Assembly (NCBI GenBank): GCA_963692915.1
Contig: OY843584.1
Span: forward strand, 192,001-256,000
DNA: 64,000 nucleotides
Reading direction: 5' to 3'
Source of the DNA: Cenarchaeum sp.
GTDB lineage: Archaea; Thermoproteota; Nitrososphaeria; Nitrososphaerales; Nitrosopumilaceae
A model generated the notes under the pieces. The model did no database searches, was not told the DNA's origin, and saw nothing but the letters and a program-made list of their open reading frames with translations. This document shows positions 48,915 to 58,340 of the stretch, piece after piece; the first letter of the stretch is position 1, and each line of letters opens with the position of its first letter. The position numbers were made by a program, and so were the translations under genes.

Positions 48915-49777
48915 GCACAGTCGGCCTCGAGCCCGGGGTGGAGGCAGCACAGGGGAGCCAGACCATGTCATCTGGGAGCAATCCGTCCGAGTCGCACGTT
49001 GAGAAGAACTCCGGCGAGGCCTCGTACAAGATGACTGCCGAGGGCGTCGGCGTCTCGTACTCGGGCAAGCAGGCAGTGCGTGATGTCACGATGGGATTCA
49101 GGGAGCGCTCAGTCACGGCGCTCATTGGACCGTCCGGATGCGGCAAGACGACGTTTCTGCGCTGCCTGAACCGCATGCACGACATGACGCCGGGGGCGAC
49201 GGTGACGGGAAAGATAATGATAGACGGCGTTGATATGTACTCTGGTGACGTTGACCCGATATACCACAGGCGCAAGGTCGGCATGGTGTTTCAAAAGCCA
49301 AACCCGTTTCCGACAATGTCAGTCTATGACAACGTCGTCGCCGGCCTGCGCCTCAACGGCGTGCGTGACAGGAGGGCACTCGACGAGATAGCCGAGGACT
49401 CGCTGCGCATGGCGTTCCTCTGGGACGAGGTGCGCGACTCGCTATCAAAGCCGGCAATCGAGCTCTCCGGCGGGCAGCAGCAGCGCCTCTGCATAGCGCG
49501 GGCGCTGGCAATACAGCCCGAGGTTCTCCTCATGGACGAGCCGGCCTCGGCCCTTGACCCGATAGCGACACAAAAGATAGAGGAGGCCATAGTCGACCTA
49601 AAGCGCGAGCTTGCCGTCATCATTGTCACGCACAACATGCAGCAGGCCGTGCGCGTGTCTGACTATACGGGGTTTATGTACATGGGTGACCTCGTCGAGT
49701 TTCGTGACACGCGCAAGCTTTTCACTGACCCGCGCCACGAGCTCACCGAGCAGTATGTAAAGGGGAACTTTGGGTGA
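48911..49777 (+). CDS. pstB: Phosphate ABC transporter ATPase PstB
   Basis: [46 protein letters not shown]. Confidence 0.96.
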   Translation: MSTVGLEPGVEAAQGSQTMSSGSNPSESHVEKNSGEASYKMTAEGVGVSYSGKQAVRDVTMGFRERSVTALIGPSGCGKTTFLRCLNRMHDMTPGATVTGKIMIDGVDMYSGDVDPIYHRRKVGMVFQKPNPFPTMSVYDNVVAGLRLNGVRDRRALDEIAEDSLRMAFLWDEVRDSLSKPAIELSGGQQQRLCIARALAIQPEVLLMDEPASALDPIATQKIEEAIVDLKRELAVIIVTHNMQQAVRVSDYTGFMYMGDLVEFRDTRKLFTDPRHELTEQYVKGNFG

Positions 49778-49783
49778 TGTGCG

Positions 49784-50464
49784 ATGACTAGGCTAATAGA
49801 GCCCCACATGGAGCGACTCTCGCTGCTGATGTCGAGCATGGGCGACATGGTAGTCGAGTCGGTATCGCTTGCGATGGACTCGTACCTCGAGGGTGCTGAC
49901 ACGATGAACCGCGTCATTGCGCTCTCGGACTCTATACGATCAAAGTACTATGAGGTAGAGGATCTCACGTTTGAGATGCTCCTGCGCTTCCAGCCCGTCG
50001 CTGATGACTTTAGGATGATCCGCTCGTCAACGGAGATATCGTATGCGTTCTCGAGGTTTGGGCGCTACGCGTATGACATTGCGCAGGTCCGTGACACGTT
50101 TGGCGACCTCACCGAGTGCCGCAACGCCGCGCTCTATGAGGCCTCAAAGAAGGTTCGCCATCTCATCCGGGAGGCGATACTCTCGTTCGCCGAGCTCGAC
50201 GTGCGTCGCGCGCAAAAGATACGCGAGGACGAGGAGTTTATCGACAAGATATACGTCGAGCGCATGGGACACCTGATCGAGTCGCGCGACACGCGCTGCG
50301 CACTCGCCGAGGCCCTCCTCCTAAGATACCTCGAGAGGATTGGGGACCATGCTGTCTTTATGAGCGACGCGGTAAACTATATCGTCACAGGCAAGCACAG
50401 GCCAAGCAAGGAGCGCATCGATGCGCGCACTGCGCGCGGACTGACGCGCCACAGCGAGCGCTAG
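49784..50464 (+). CDS. phoU: Phosphate uptake regulator PhoU
   Basis: QPVADDFR, RYLERIGDHA; follows pstB. Confidence 0.93.
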   Translation: MTRLIEPHMERLSLLMSSMGDMVVESVSLAMDSYLEGADTMNRVIALSDSIRSKYYEVEDLTFEMLLRFQPVADDFRMIRSSTEISYAFSRFGRYAYDIAQVRDTFGDLTECRNAALYEASKKVRHLIREAILSFAELDVRRAQKIREDEEFIDKIYVERMGHLIESRDTRCALAEALLLRYLERIGDHAVFMSDAVNYIVTGKHRPSKERIDARTARGLTRHSER

Positions 50465-50528
50465 GCCGGCCGAATCGGCAGGGCGCGCTCCAAGGGTTAA
50501 ATAGAAACGGCACGACGCGCCTGGCCTG

Positions 50529-51395
50529 ATGACAGCCACTAGGATGGACGGCATCGTCGTGGCCGACGCAGTAAAGTCGCGCGTTGCCGCCGCAGTAGCT
50601 GACCTGCGCGAGCGCGGCACGTCGCCGTGCCTGGCCACGGTTCTCGTCGGCGATGACGCGGCGTCTGCAACATACGTGCGCAACAAGCACGCCGCATGCA
50701 AAAAGGCCGGCATACTGACGCGCGACCACCGCCTCCCCGGCTCAACCACGCAGGCGGAGCTCGACTCGGTCATCGACGCGCTCAACTCCGAGGCCGCGGT
50801 CCACGGCATACTCGTGCAGCTTCCCCTCCCGCAGCAGATCGACGAGTTCTCGGTGACATCGCGCATACTGCCGCCAAAGGACGTCGACGGCCTGACGCCG
50901 TTTAGCGCCGGAATGCTCGCAGTCAGAAAGGCGGTCCTTGCGCCGTGCACGCCCTCGGGAATAATCGAGATGCTCGACCATTATGACATCGGGATCGCCG
51001 GCACGCGCGTGGCCATCATAAACAGGAGCAACCTCATAGGCAAGCCGCTCTCGCAGATGCTCCTTGCGCGAGACGCGACGGTGATGATGTGCCATTCCAA
51101 AACGCGCGACATTGCGCGCCACACGCGCGATGCCGACATTGTCATCAGCGCAGTGGGTGACAGGCAGCGCTTTGAGCTCACGCCGGACATGGTCGCCGAG
51201 GGCGCCGTAGTCATTGACGCCGCAATCCAGAGGCACATGGGCAAGCTTGCCGGCGATGCCGACTATGGCCCGATGGCCGAAAAGGCCTCGCATATCACGC
51301 CTGTTCCCGGCGGCGTCGGGCCGATGACTGTGGCAATGCTCCTGAAAAACACGGTAACTGCGGCCTCGATGATCGCCCATGTCAGTGGAAGCTAA
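50529..51395 (+). CDS. folD: Methylenetetrahydrofolate dehydrogenase/cyclohydrolase
   Basis: YVRNK, HGILVQLPLP, KDVDG, PCTP, TPVPGGVGPMT. Confidence 0.96.
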   Translation: MTATRMDGIVVADAVKSRVAAAVADLRERGTSPCLATVLVGDDAASATYVRNKHAACKKAGILTRDHRLPGSTTQAELDSVIDALNSEAAVHGILVQLPLPQQIDEFSVTSRILPPKDVDGLTPFSAGMLAVRKAVLAPCTPSGIIEMLDHYDIGIAGTRVAIINRSNLIGKPLSQMLLARDATVMMCHSKTRDIARHTRDADIVISAVGDRQRFELTPDMVAEGAVVIDAAIQRHMGKLAGDADYGPMAEKASHITPVPGGVGPMTVAMLLKNTVTAASMIAHVSGS

Positions 51396-51984
51396 AAAGG
51401 CCGCCCTGCGCACGACGCTTGGAGCGCGGCGCGATGCGCTCTCGCATGACATGGTCGCGCTCTGCGAGGAGCATGTCCGCCGGCGCCTTGTGCGCATCGG
51501 CGCATACAAGGAGTCGCGCACCATCGCATGCTATTGGTCAGCCGAGGGCGAGCTTCCCACGCGCAGGGTCGTCCTCGGCGCGCTCTCTGAGGGAAGGCGC
51601 GTGTGCCTTCCGCGCGTGCGCAACGGCGAGCTAGAGTTTGCCGCCGTGAGCGGCCCGGACGACCTCGTGCGCGGCGGCCTCGGGATGCGCGAGCCGGCTC
51701 CGCACTGTGAGCCATGCGGGACCGCCGACATTGCGATCGTGCCGGCCGTTGGCCTCACGCGAGAGGGCGTGCGTCTCGGACGCGGAGGCGGCCACTATGA
51801 CAGGTTTCTGGCGGGGTTTGCCGGCGTGTCAATAGCGCTGGCATTTTCAATCCAGGTCGTGCGCTCGCTGCCCGAGGATGCGCATGACATGAGCGTTGAC
51901 TGGGTGGTGACCGAGGACTCTGCGTTCGGGCCGCTAGGTGCGCGCAATGCCGGCGGCCCCAATGTCGCTGCGGCAGAACCTTGA
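51379..51984 (+). CDS. 5-formyltetrahydrofolate cyclo-ligase
   Basis: KAALR, IVPAVG..RLGRGGGHYDRFL, HDMSVD. Confidence 0.92.
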   Translation: MSVEAKKAALRTTLGARRDALSHDMVALCEEHVRRRLVRIGAYKESRTIACYWSAEGELPTRRVVLGALSEGRRVCLPRVRNGELEFAAVSGPDDLVRGGLGMREPAPHCEPCGTADIAIVPAVGLTREGVRLGRGGGHYDRFLAGFAGVSIALAFSIQVVRSLPEDAHDMSVDWVVTEDSAFGPLGARNAGGPNVAAAEP

Positions 51985-53184
51985 TGCCCACGATATGGGC
52001 TCCGCGCGCGCGTACGCGGCACTCACGGCGCCCTCTAGCGTGTCGCCGAGGGCAGTGACGCCAAGAACCCTTCCGCCTGACGTGAGTATGCGCCCGCCCT
52101 CGCGCCTGGTGCCTGCGTGAAAGACGACTGTGGCCTCCGAGTCAGCGCCGATCCCCGTTATCTCCTCGCCGGTGGGATATTGGCCGGGATAGCCGCGCGA
52201 GGCGAGCACGACGCATGCGGCGTGGCGCGCACTCCAGCGCATGGGCTCCATCGACGCAAGCCTGCCGCGCGCGGCCGCATCAAGGTAGGCATAGAGGTCA
52301 AAGTCGGCCCGCGCCATTATTGCCTGGCACTCTGGATCCCCCATCCTTGCGTTGAACTCTAGAACGCTAATCCGGCCGTCCCCGCCGATCATGACGCCCG
52401 CATACATGAATCCGCAAAACGGCATCCTCTCCTCGCGCATTCCGGCCATCGCGCGCTCTATGACGCCAGATTGTATAGAGTCAGCAACACTGCCGTCCAC
52501 AAAGGGCGTCGGCGAGTACGCGCCCATGCCGCCCGTGTTCGGGCCGGTGTCAGCATCGCCTGCGCGCTTGTGGTCCTGGCTTGCGGCCATTGGCATCGCC
52601 GTCGTCCCGTCGCACAGCGCGATGAACGAGGCCTCGACGCCCTCGAGTCGCTCCTCGAGGACGACGCGCCTGACTCCTGCGCCCATCATGCGCACTATCT
52701 CGGTCTCGGTCTCTGCGGCACTCGAGCAGACGCTCACGCCCTTGCCGGCTGCAAGGCCGTCGGCCTTTACGACTAGTGGGCCGGCGCACTCCCTTGCATG
52801 GGCGACTGCGCCATCCACGTCATCAAATGACGCGTGGGATGGCGTGGGTATGCCGTGGCGCAGCATGAACTCCTTTGACCATGACTTGCTTGACTCTAGG
52901 CGCGTCGCCGCGCGCGTGGGCCCGACAATGCGCAGGCCGGCTGCGACAAACTCGTCGGCGATGCCGGCTGCCAGCGGGGCCTCCGGGCCCACGACTGTCA
53001 GGCATTCATTCTCGCGCGCAAAGTCGGCTAGCGCGCCAATGTCGCCGGCCTGTATGTCGACGCTGTTCCTCGTGCCGCCGTTGCCCGGCGCAACGTACAC
53101 GGTCCCTGCGCTCTTGCTCTTCGAGAGCCTCCACGCCAGCGCGTGCTCGCGACCGCCAGAGCCCACGACAAGGACATTGCCCAA
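51934..53184 (-). CDS. purD: Phosphoribosylamine-glycine ligase
   Basis: VVGSGGREHAL, VVGPEAPL, KADGLAAGKGV, QDHKR..GPNTGGMGAY, EFNARMGDPE. Confidence 0.96.
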   Translation of the reverse strand: MGNVLVVGSGGREHALAWRLSKSKSAGTVYVAPGNGGTRNSVDIQAGDIGALADFARENECLTVVGPEAPLAAGIADEFVAAGLRIVGPTRAATRLESSKSWSKEFMLRHGIPTPSHASFDDVDGAVAHARECAGPLVVKADGLAAGKGVSVCSSAAETETEIVRMMGAGVRRVVLEERLEGVEASFIALCDGTTAMPMAASQDHKRAGDADTGPNTGGMGAYSPTPFVDGSVADSIQSGVIERAMAGMREERMPFCGFMYAGVMIGGDGRISVLEFNARMGDPECQAIMARADFDLYAYLDAAARGRLASMEPMRWSARHAACVVLASRGYPGQYPTGEEITGIGADSEATVVFHAGTRREGGRILTSGGRVLGVTALGDTLEGAVSAAYARAEPISWASRFCRSDIGAAGIART

Positions 53185-53381
53185 CGTTGCGGTGCTGCCG
53201 CGCGCGTCAATATATTCCAAGTAGTGGAGGGGTGCTGTGGGGCACGCATGTCCGTGCGCACCTGCCCAAAATGCCCGCACGTGGCCATTCACGCCCATGC
53301 TGCCAGGCACAAGCTAAATTCCATAAACGCGCCGTGAAGTTTTTTCTGACCGTGGGTGAAAAATCCACCCCATGTGAGCGC

Positions 53382-53543
53382 ATGGCGATGGATTCACAAA
53401 AGGCCGCCGCTGTGGCCCCTGGCCAGTCGTTCCACTCAGAGTGCATGGAGTACCTTGAGCACCTGCGCAGGACGGGCAGGGAGGACTATGCGTTTGAGGA
53501 CGAGTACTATTTCACGATGCCAGCAGTGTCCGGCTCGCCCTAG
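53382..53543 (+). CDS. Small hypothetical protein
   Basis: MAMDSQK..FHSECMEYLEHLRRTGREDYAFEDEYYFTMP; protein-like 53 aa. Confidence 0.55.
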   Translation: MAMDSQKAAAVAPGQSFHSECMEYLEHLRRTGREDYAFEDEYYFTMPAVSGSP

Positions 53544-53613
53544 GCGTTCTGCCTTTTGGCACTGTTGTGTGTGTCTAGTCTATCCTGTTTTTGGTCATCC
53601 TTATGACCGTCTC

Positions 53614-53913
53614 TCAACCCTTCTCCTTCTCGTCATCGAAAGGATCGTGCTTTTTCTTTCTTGTCCAATACATCGGCTCGGTGATATCCCAGTCCCTGAT
53701 CATCCTGGTGGCCCACTCGGCCTCCGTCTCCTTTCCGTTCTCGTCTGGCATGACCATCCTTGTGGGCATCTCTCGATCCTCCTTCTTCCTCGCATCCACG
53801 AAAGGATCGTGCTTTTTCTTTCTTGTCCAATACATCGGCTCGGTGATATCCCAGTCCCTGATCATCCTGGTGGCCCACTCGGCCTCCGTCTCCTTTCCTT
53901 CCTCGTCTGGCAT
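53614..53913 (-). CDS. Small charged protein made of a tandem duplication
   Basis: MPDExGKETEAEWATRMIRDWDITEPMYWTRKKKHDPF twice; TTTTTAAA upstream. Confidence 0.5.
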   Translation of the reverse strand: MPDEEGKETEAEWATRMIRDWDITEPMYWTRKKKHDPFVDARKKEDREMPTRMVMPDENGKETEAEWATRMIRDWDITEPMYWTRKKKHDPFDDEKEKG

Positions 53914-53917
53914 GACC
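53637..53917. repeat. 119-bp direct repeat, 162-bp period
   Basis: 53637-53755 versus 53799-53917, nearly identical. Confidence 0.92.
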
Positions 53918-54156
53918 CATATTACACGATGGTCTTTTTAAAAATTATGCGTATTTTGAGGCCTAGAGCCCGGTGACGGGACAGGCCGGCGCGCCCCGTT
54001 CACCATATTGCCCCGCTCGTCCGGTTCAGGCCCACGCGGGGCGATCACGCGCGCCAAGCCCTGATGTGAGGTGGCGCTGAGCTTTTGCCCCGTCAGTTGC
54101 CCCGTGGCCGACTTGTCGCCGCCATTGAGTTATAACGACCCAAAGCGTGCCGTCCC

Positions 54157-55986
54157 ATGATGCTCAAGGTTGTAGCCGACGCAGGCGCCATGGCAAGTGG
54201 GGAGCTTGGACGGATGCTCGAGTCCGGCGAGCTGCGGGGCTCGGGCATCGTCGTTCCGGCCGCAGTGATCGACGAGCTCCACGCGATGGCGACCTCGGGG
54301 GACTCACGCGGCACGCGGGGACTAGACGAGATTGCGCAACTCCAGCGCAACGCCGCCGATGCCGGAACGTCGATCAGGGTAGTCGGGGAGGGCGCCCCGT
54401 TCACCGACAATGCGTCATCTGACAGGGCAGCAGTTGCGGCAACGGTGCGCAAGATCGCCCTCGAGTCTGGCGCGACCCTGTGCACGACGAGCCGCGCGCA
54501 CGAGCTTGCGGCGGCGGCGGCCGGAATTGCAGTCAAGAGGTGCAGGGTTCAGGGCCAGGGCGAGCGCCCGTGGTTTCTGCGGTACTTTGATGAGACGACG
54601 ATGAGCGTTCACATAAAGGAGGGCCTGCCGCCAATGGCAAAGCGCGGAAAGCCGGGCAGCGTGTCACTCGTCGAGGTGGGCACGGAGACGCTCTCACAGG
54701 ACGACATGAGGCGCGCGCTCTCGCTAGTCGAGGGCATTGCCGGCTCGACGGGTGCGGACATTTCGCTGCCCGGCGCGCTAGTCGTGCAGCACGAGACGTA
54801 CCGCATAGCCGCGACGTTTCCGCCATTTTCCGAGGCCGCCGAGATTACGATCGTGCACCCCACAGTCACGCTCTCGCTGGCCGACTATGAGATGCCTGAC
54901 GGGTTTCGGGAGCGCCTCGCCTCTGGCGCGTCTGGCATACTGATATCAGGATCGCCGGGCTCGGGCAAGTCGACACTCGCCTCGGCACTCGCAAACCACT
55001 ATGCGGCCTCGGGCAAGACGGTAAAGACGTTCGAGTCCCCGCGCGACTTGCAGGTGGGAAATGCCATCACGCAATACTCGCGCCTTGATGGCGACTTTGC
55101 AAACTCGGCAGACCTCCTGCTCCTAGTGAGGCCAGACTATACGATATTCGACGAGGTCAGGAGGCGCGAGGACTTTGAGGTCTTTGCCGACCTGCGCCTC
55201 GCCGGAGTCGGCATGGTCGGCGTGGTCCACGCGAGCTCGCCCATAGACGCCGTGCAGAGGTTTATCGGCAAGATAGAGCTCGGCATAATCCCGCACGTTC
55301 TTGACACCGTCGCCTTCGTCGAGGCCGGCCGCGTGGGCAGCGTCTACTCGCTGAGCATGCGCGTAAAGGTTCCCTCGGGCATGTCCGAGCAGGATCTCGC
55401 AAGGCCCGTCATCGAGATCCACGACTTTTCGACTGGCGAGCTTGCGTATGAGGTCTATGCGTTTGGCGAGGAGAACATGATCGTGCCCGTTACTGGTGGC
55501 GCCGAGCCGTCCGGAGTCGACCACCTGGCGTGCGAGCGCGTTCGTGATGTCATGCGCAGGTTTGACCACGACCCGCAAGTCGAGATAGTCTCGCCGGGCA
55601 GCGTGCGCGTTGCAGTCTCAAAGGAGAACATTGCGCCAATCATCGGGCGCTCAGGCTCGAACATTGGCGCCCTGGAGCGCGAGCTCCACGTGCACATTGA
55701 CGTTGTAGAGTCGACTGGCGCACGCCATGCAAGGGGTGGGCGGGGCGGCCATGGGGCCACTGACGTCGATTTTGACATCCACGAGTCAAAGGCGTTTCTA
55801 GTCCTGGAGGTCGATCGCAGCCACGCCGGTTCGCACGCTGACATCTATGTGGGCGACGATATTGCCGCGACGTCTCGCGTGGACCACAGGGGCCGAATCC
55901 GCCTGCCGCGACACTCCGGCGGGGGACGCGACGTCGCGCGCGGCTTTTCAGAGGGGCGCGTGCGCGTGGACCTCAAGAGTCCATAA
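54157..55986 (+). CDS. PIN-domain/ATPase/KH protein (PINA-type)
   Basis: Degenerate PIN (VPAAVIDEL), FDETTMSVHIKEG, GSPGSGKST, RPDYTIFDEVR, KH IIGRSGSNI. Confidence 0.9.
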   Translation: MMLKVVADAGAMASGELGRMLESGELRGSGIVVPAAVIDELHAMATSGDSRGTRGLDEIAQLQRNAADAGTSIRVVGEGAPFTDNASSDRAAVAATVRKIALESGATLCTTSRAHELAAAAAGIAVKRCRVQGQGERPWFLRYFDETTMSVHIKEGLPPMAKRGKPGSVSLVEVGTETLSQDDMRRALSLVEGIAGSTGADISLPGALVVQHETYRIAATFPPFSEAAEITIVHPTVTLSLADYEMPDGFRERLASGASGILISGSPGSGKSTLASALANHYAASGKTVKTFESPRDLQVGNAITQYSRLDGDFANSADLLLLVRPDYTIFDEVRRREDFEVFADLRLAGVGMVGVVHASSPIDAVQRFIGKIELGIIPHVLDTVAFVEAGRVGSVYSLSMRVKVPSGMSEQDLARPVIEIHDFSTGELAYEVYAFGEENMIVPVTGGAEPSGVDHLACERVRDVMRRFDHDPQVEIVSPGSVRVAVSKENIAPIIGRSGSNIGALERELHVHIDVVESTGARHARGGRGGHGATDVDFDIHESKAFLVLEVDRSHAGSHADIYVGDDIAATSRVDHRGRIRLPRHSGGGRDVARGFSEGRVRVDLKSP

Positions 55987-56437
55987 ACTCCTCGATGACC
56001 CTCGGGTTGGAGTGGAGGTATGTGACGAACTTGCGCAACTGCCTCGTCGTCTTTGGGTTTAGGTGGTGCTCGACGCCCTCGGCGTCGATGTTTGCCGTGT
56101 CGCGGTCTATGCCGAGCATCTCAAAGAACTCGACGAGCGTGCCGTGCTTTTGGCGTATGGCCTCGGCGAGCTCGCGACCCCGCGGCGTGAGGTCTATGCC
56201 GCGGTACTTTTCGTGGCGGAGGAGCCCGTTGTCATCAAGGCGCTGTATCATGCTAGTCGCGCTCGGCGCGCTCACGTTCATGTAGCGCGATACGTCGATC
56301 GTAGTCGCATACCCCTTGAACTCTACGAGCTCTAGTATGACCTCAAGATAGTCCTCCATCCGCTCCGTCGTGCGTGGCCGCTTGCCCTTGTGGGCCGACC
56401 TGATGGACTCGAGCCTCCTGCTGCGATCCCTGGCCAT
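55973..56437 (-). CDS. DtxR/MntR-family metal-dependent regulator
   Basis: EDYLEVI, NVSAPSATSM, LTPRG, H..L..FF, AEGVEHH. Confidence 0.92.
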   Translation of the reverse strand: MARDRSRRLESIRSAHKGKRPRTTERMEDYLEVILELVEFKGYATTIDVSRYMNVSAPSATSMIQRLDDNGLLRHEKYRGIDLTPRGRELAEAIRQKHGTLVEFFEMLGIDRDTANIDAEGVEHHLNPKTTRQLRKFVTYLHSNPRVIEEFMDS

Positions 56438-56607
56438 GGTAGCCCGGCTGGCTCGCTGTAATTTAGCGTTTGTGGGGGATCCGGCAGAGCTGCGCGACAC
56501 GTCCGTGATGGGGTGGGCCTAAAGATGCGTCCCCCTGCGCATGTCACCAATTTTTGACCCATGTGTAATGCCATCCGATCATCCCGCCTTAATTATGCGG
56601 GGCATGA

Positions 56608-56967
56608 ATGGTGTATACAGTGCAGGATGATCCCCTAAAGGCAAGGCTAGAGCGCATTCGCGCATGTGCCTCGTCGGCACGGAGGCGCGCCGGACTCTAT
56701 GCCGAGGTCGCCGGTATGGGTGATAGCGGCACAGCCGAGTCCCTCGGAGCGCTCCAGAGGGCACCGGCTCCGGGCAAAAAGCTCCAAAAGGCCGGATTCA
56801 TCATGCTCTGGATACCCGAGCCAACCGGAGTCACGCTGGCTGTGGGCGCGCCCATGATCCTAGCAGGCCGCTACCTGGATACAAAGTACAACGGCTCGAC
56901 TATATCGGACATCGGCCATGGCGTAAAGTCAGTCTCGAGCACCCTGTCCGATATCGGCACGCTCTAG
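56608..56967 (+). CDS. Hypothetical membrane-associated protein
   Basis: GKKLQKAGFIMLWIPEPTGVTLAVGAPMILAG hairpin motif. Confidence 0.7.
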   Translation: MVYTVQDDPLKARLERIRACASSARRRAGLYAEVAGMGDSGTAESLGALQRAPAPGKKLQKAGFIMLWIPEPTGVTLAVGAPMILAGRYLDTKYNGSTISDIGHGVKSVSSTLSDIGTL

Positions 56968-57022
56968 GCGCGCCTGCCGGGTCTCTAATGGTTTAAAGCA
57001 GACACTCTGGCCGGCCGTGCGC

Positions 57023-57514
57023 ATGGCGAGCAGGGCGCAGGTTCTCATACCGGTTACGATTGCCGCCGTGATAATAGGCATGGCCGGCATACTCACCATA
57101 CCGGCAGACCACAAGCTAGAGTCCACCGAGTTTCCGCGCGGGACTGTTCGCATCGACGGGAATCTCTTTGGCGTCCAGGTCGCCGACACGCCCCCGCTCC
57201 GCACGCGCGGCCTAATGTTCCAGGATCCGCTGCCGCTCGACGAGGGGATGATCTTCATATTTGAGACGCCGGCTCGCCACTCGCTCTGGATGATGAACAT
57301 GCAGTTTGGCATTGACATGATGTGGTTTGATGCTGACGGCGTCCTCGTCCACGTCGAGCTCGACGTGCCCCCGTGCCAGAGCGCCCTAGAGGCCGCAACG
57401 TGCACCTCGTTGGCCCCGCCAGTCGACACTGTCTATATCCTCGAGGCCACCGCCGGCTTTGCCGAGGCGCACGGCATCGGCGTCGGCTCTGTCCTCGAGA
57501 TCGTTTCAGTCTAG
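57023..57514 (+). CDS. DUF192-domain protein
   Basis: VADT..RTRGLMF, GMIFIF, WMMNM.F.IDM.W, YILE. Confidence 0.9.
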   Translation: MASRAQVLIPVTIAAVIIGMAGILTIPADHKLESTEFPRGTVRIDGNLFGVQVADTPPLRTRGLMFQDPLPLDEGMIFIFETPARHSLWMMNMQFGIDMMWFDADGVLVHVELDVPPCQSALEAATCTSLAPPVDTVYILEATAGFAEAHGIGVGSVLEIVSV

Positions 57515-57747
57515 GGCTCTGGCGCGCCGAACTTGTGGGTGCGCCATTGGGCGTGACTGGGTCAATACAGTTGAAATTATCACATATTATGTTATCATTT
57601 TCTATATTATTTACATTAAATTGGCTCAAATACTGTATTGGTCAGTTCGCAAGCTCTAAATTCTTGTAAATACCTATTCGTGAAAACCTGCCGGCAGCAA
57701 AATATATTGATCTATCCTTATATACTTTCAATTCCTATAGGAAACTA

Positions 57748-57987
57748 ATGACGTGCAAAGGAATCTGTGTGAGGTACAAGGCGCAAAAGCCAGTCGGTAG
57801 CGGACGCTACGCGACGGGGCAGCGCAGGTGCCAGATATGCGAGATCTTCATAAAGTGGGCCGGACTCTGGTGCCCCTGCTGCGGCTATCGGCTTCGCACA
57901 AAGCCGCGAAACCTAAAGTACAAGGCAAAGCTGCGAGCGCGCGTCCAGGCCGACTCGGGTGCTGACGCAGTCGAGGTAAAGGCATAG
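57748..57987 (+). CDS. Small basic Cys-rich zinc-finger protein
   Basis: MTCKGIC..RY..GQRRCQICEIF..WCPCCGYRLRTKPR. Confidence 0.85.
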   Translation: MTCKGICVRYKAQKPVGSGRYATGQRRCQICEIFIKWAGLWCPCCGYRLRTKPRNLKYKAKLRARVQADSGADAVEVKA

Positions 57988-58004
57988 GCGCGTGATGCTG
58001 CGCG

Positions 58005-58340
58005 TTGAACGCGGGGCAGCCATATGCAGAGTCCACAGTAGAGGCCGCAGGCCGCAAGTTTTCCATCCGCGTGCTCACTTTTGAGAATGGCGCGTTCGTC
58101 TCCGTTCACGAGGGCAGCACGCCTCGCATAGGCCCGATGACAGTCTCGATGCACGTCTCGCAGGTTCCGGTGACGACGCCGGTCATACCGGCGAAGACAG
58201 AGTCGCTCTTTCTAAAGATGGTCTCCGAGATGGTCGCAAGCCGCACGCGCGGAATTGCGGCAGTCACCGTCTCGACCGGCCAGGGCATATCGGCCGAGGC
58301 AACGCGCGCGATAATGCAGGGTATCATGGAGATGGTCTGA
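58005..58340 (+). CDS. Hypothetical protein (proteasome assembly chaperone 4-like)
   Basis: FENGAFVSVHEG..IGPMTVS; coupled to ubiD. Confidence 0.6.
   Translation: MNAGQPYAESTVEAAGRKFSIRVLTFENGAFVSVHEGSTPRIGPMTVSMHVSQVPVTTPVIPAKTESLFLKMVSEMVASRTRGIAAVTVSTGQGISAEATRAIMQGIMEMV

Noticed and set aside
53975-54125. RNase P RNA or SRP RNA
   Set aside because: GC-rich with TTGCCCCG repeats, but lacks the GAGGAAA P4 motif and the SRP helix 8 motif.
57560-57747. Replication origin (DUE)
   Set aside because: No ORB-like motifs and no cdc6/orc1 nearby.
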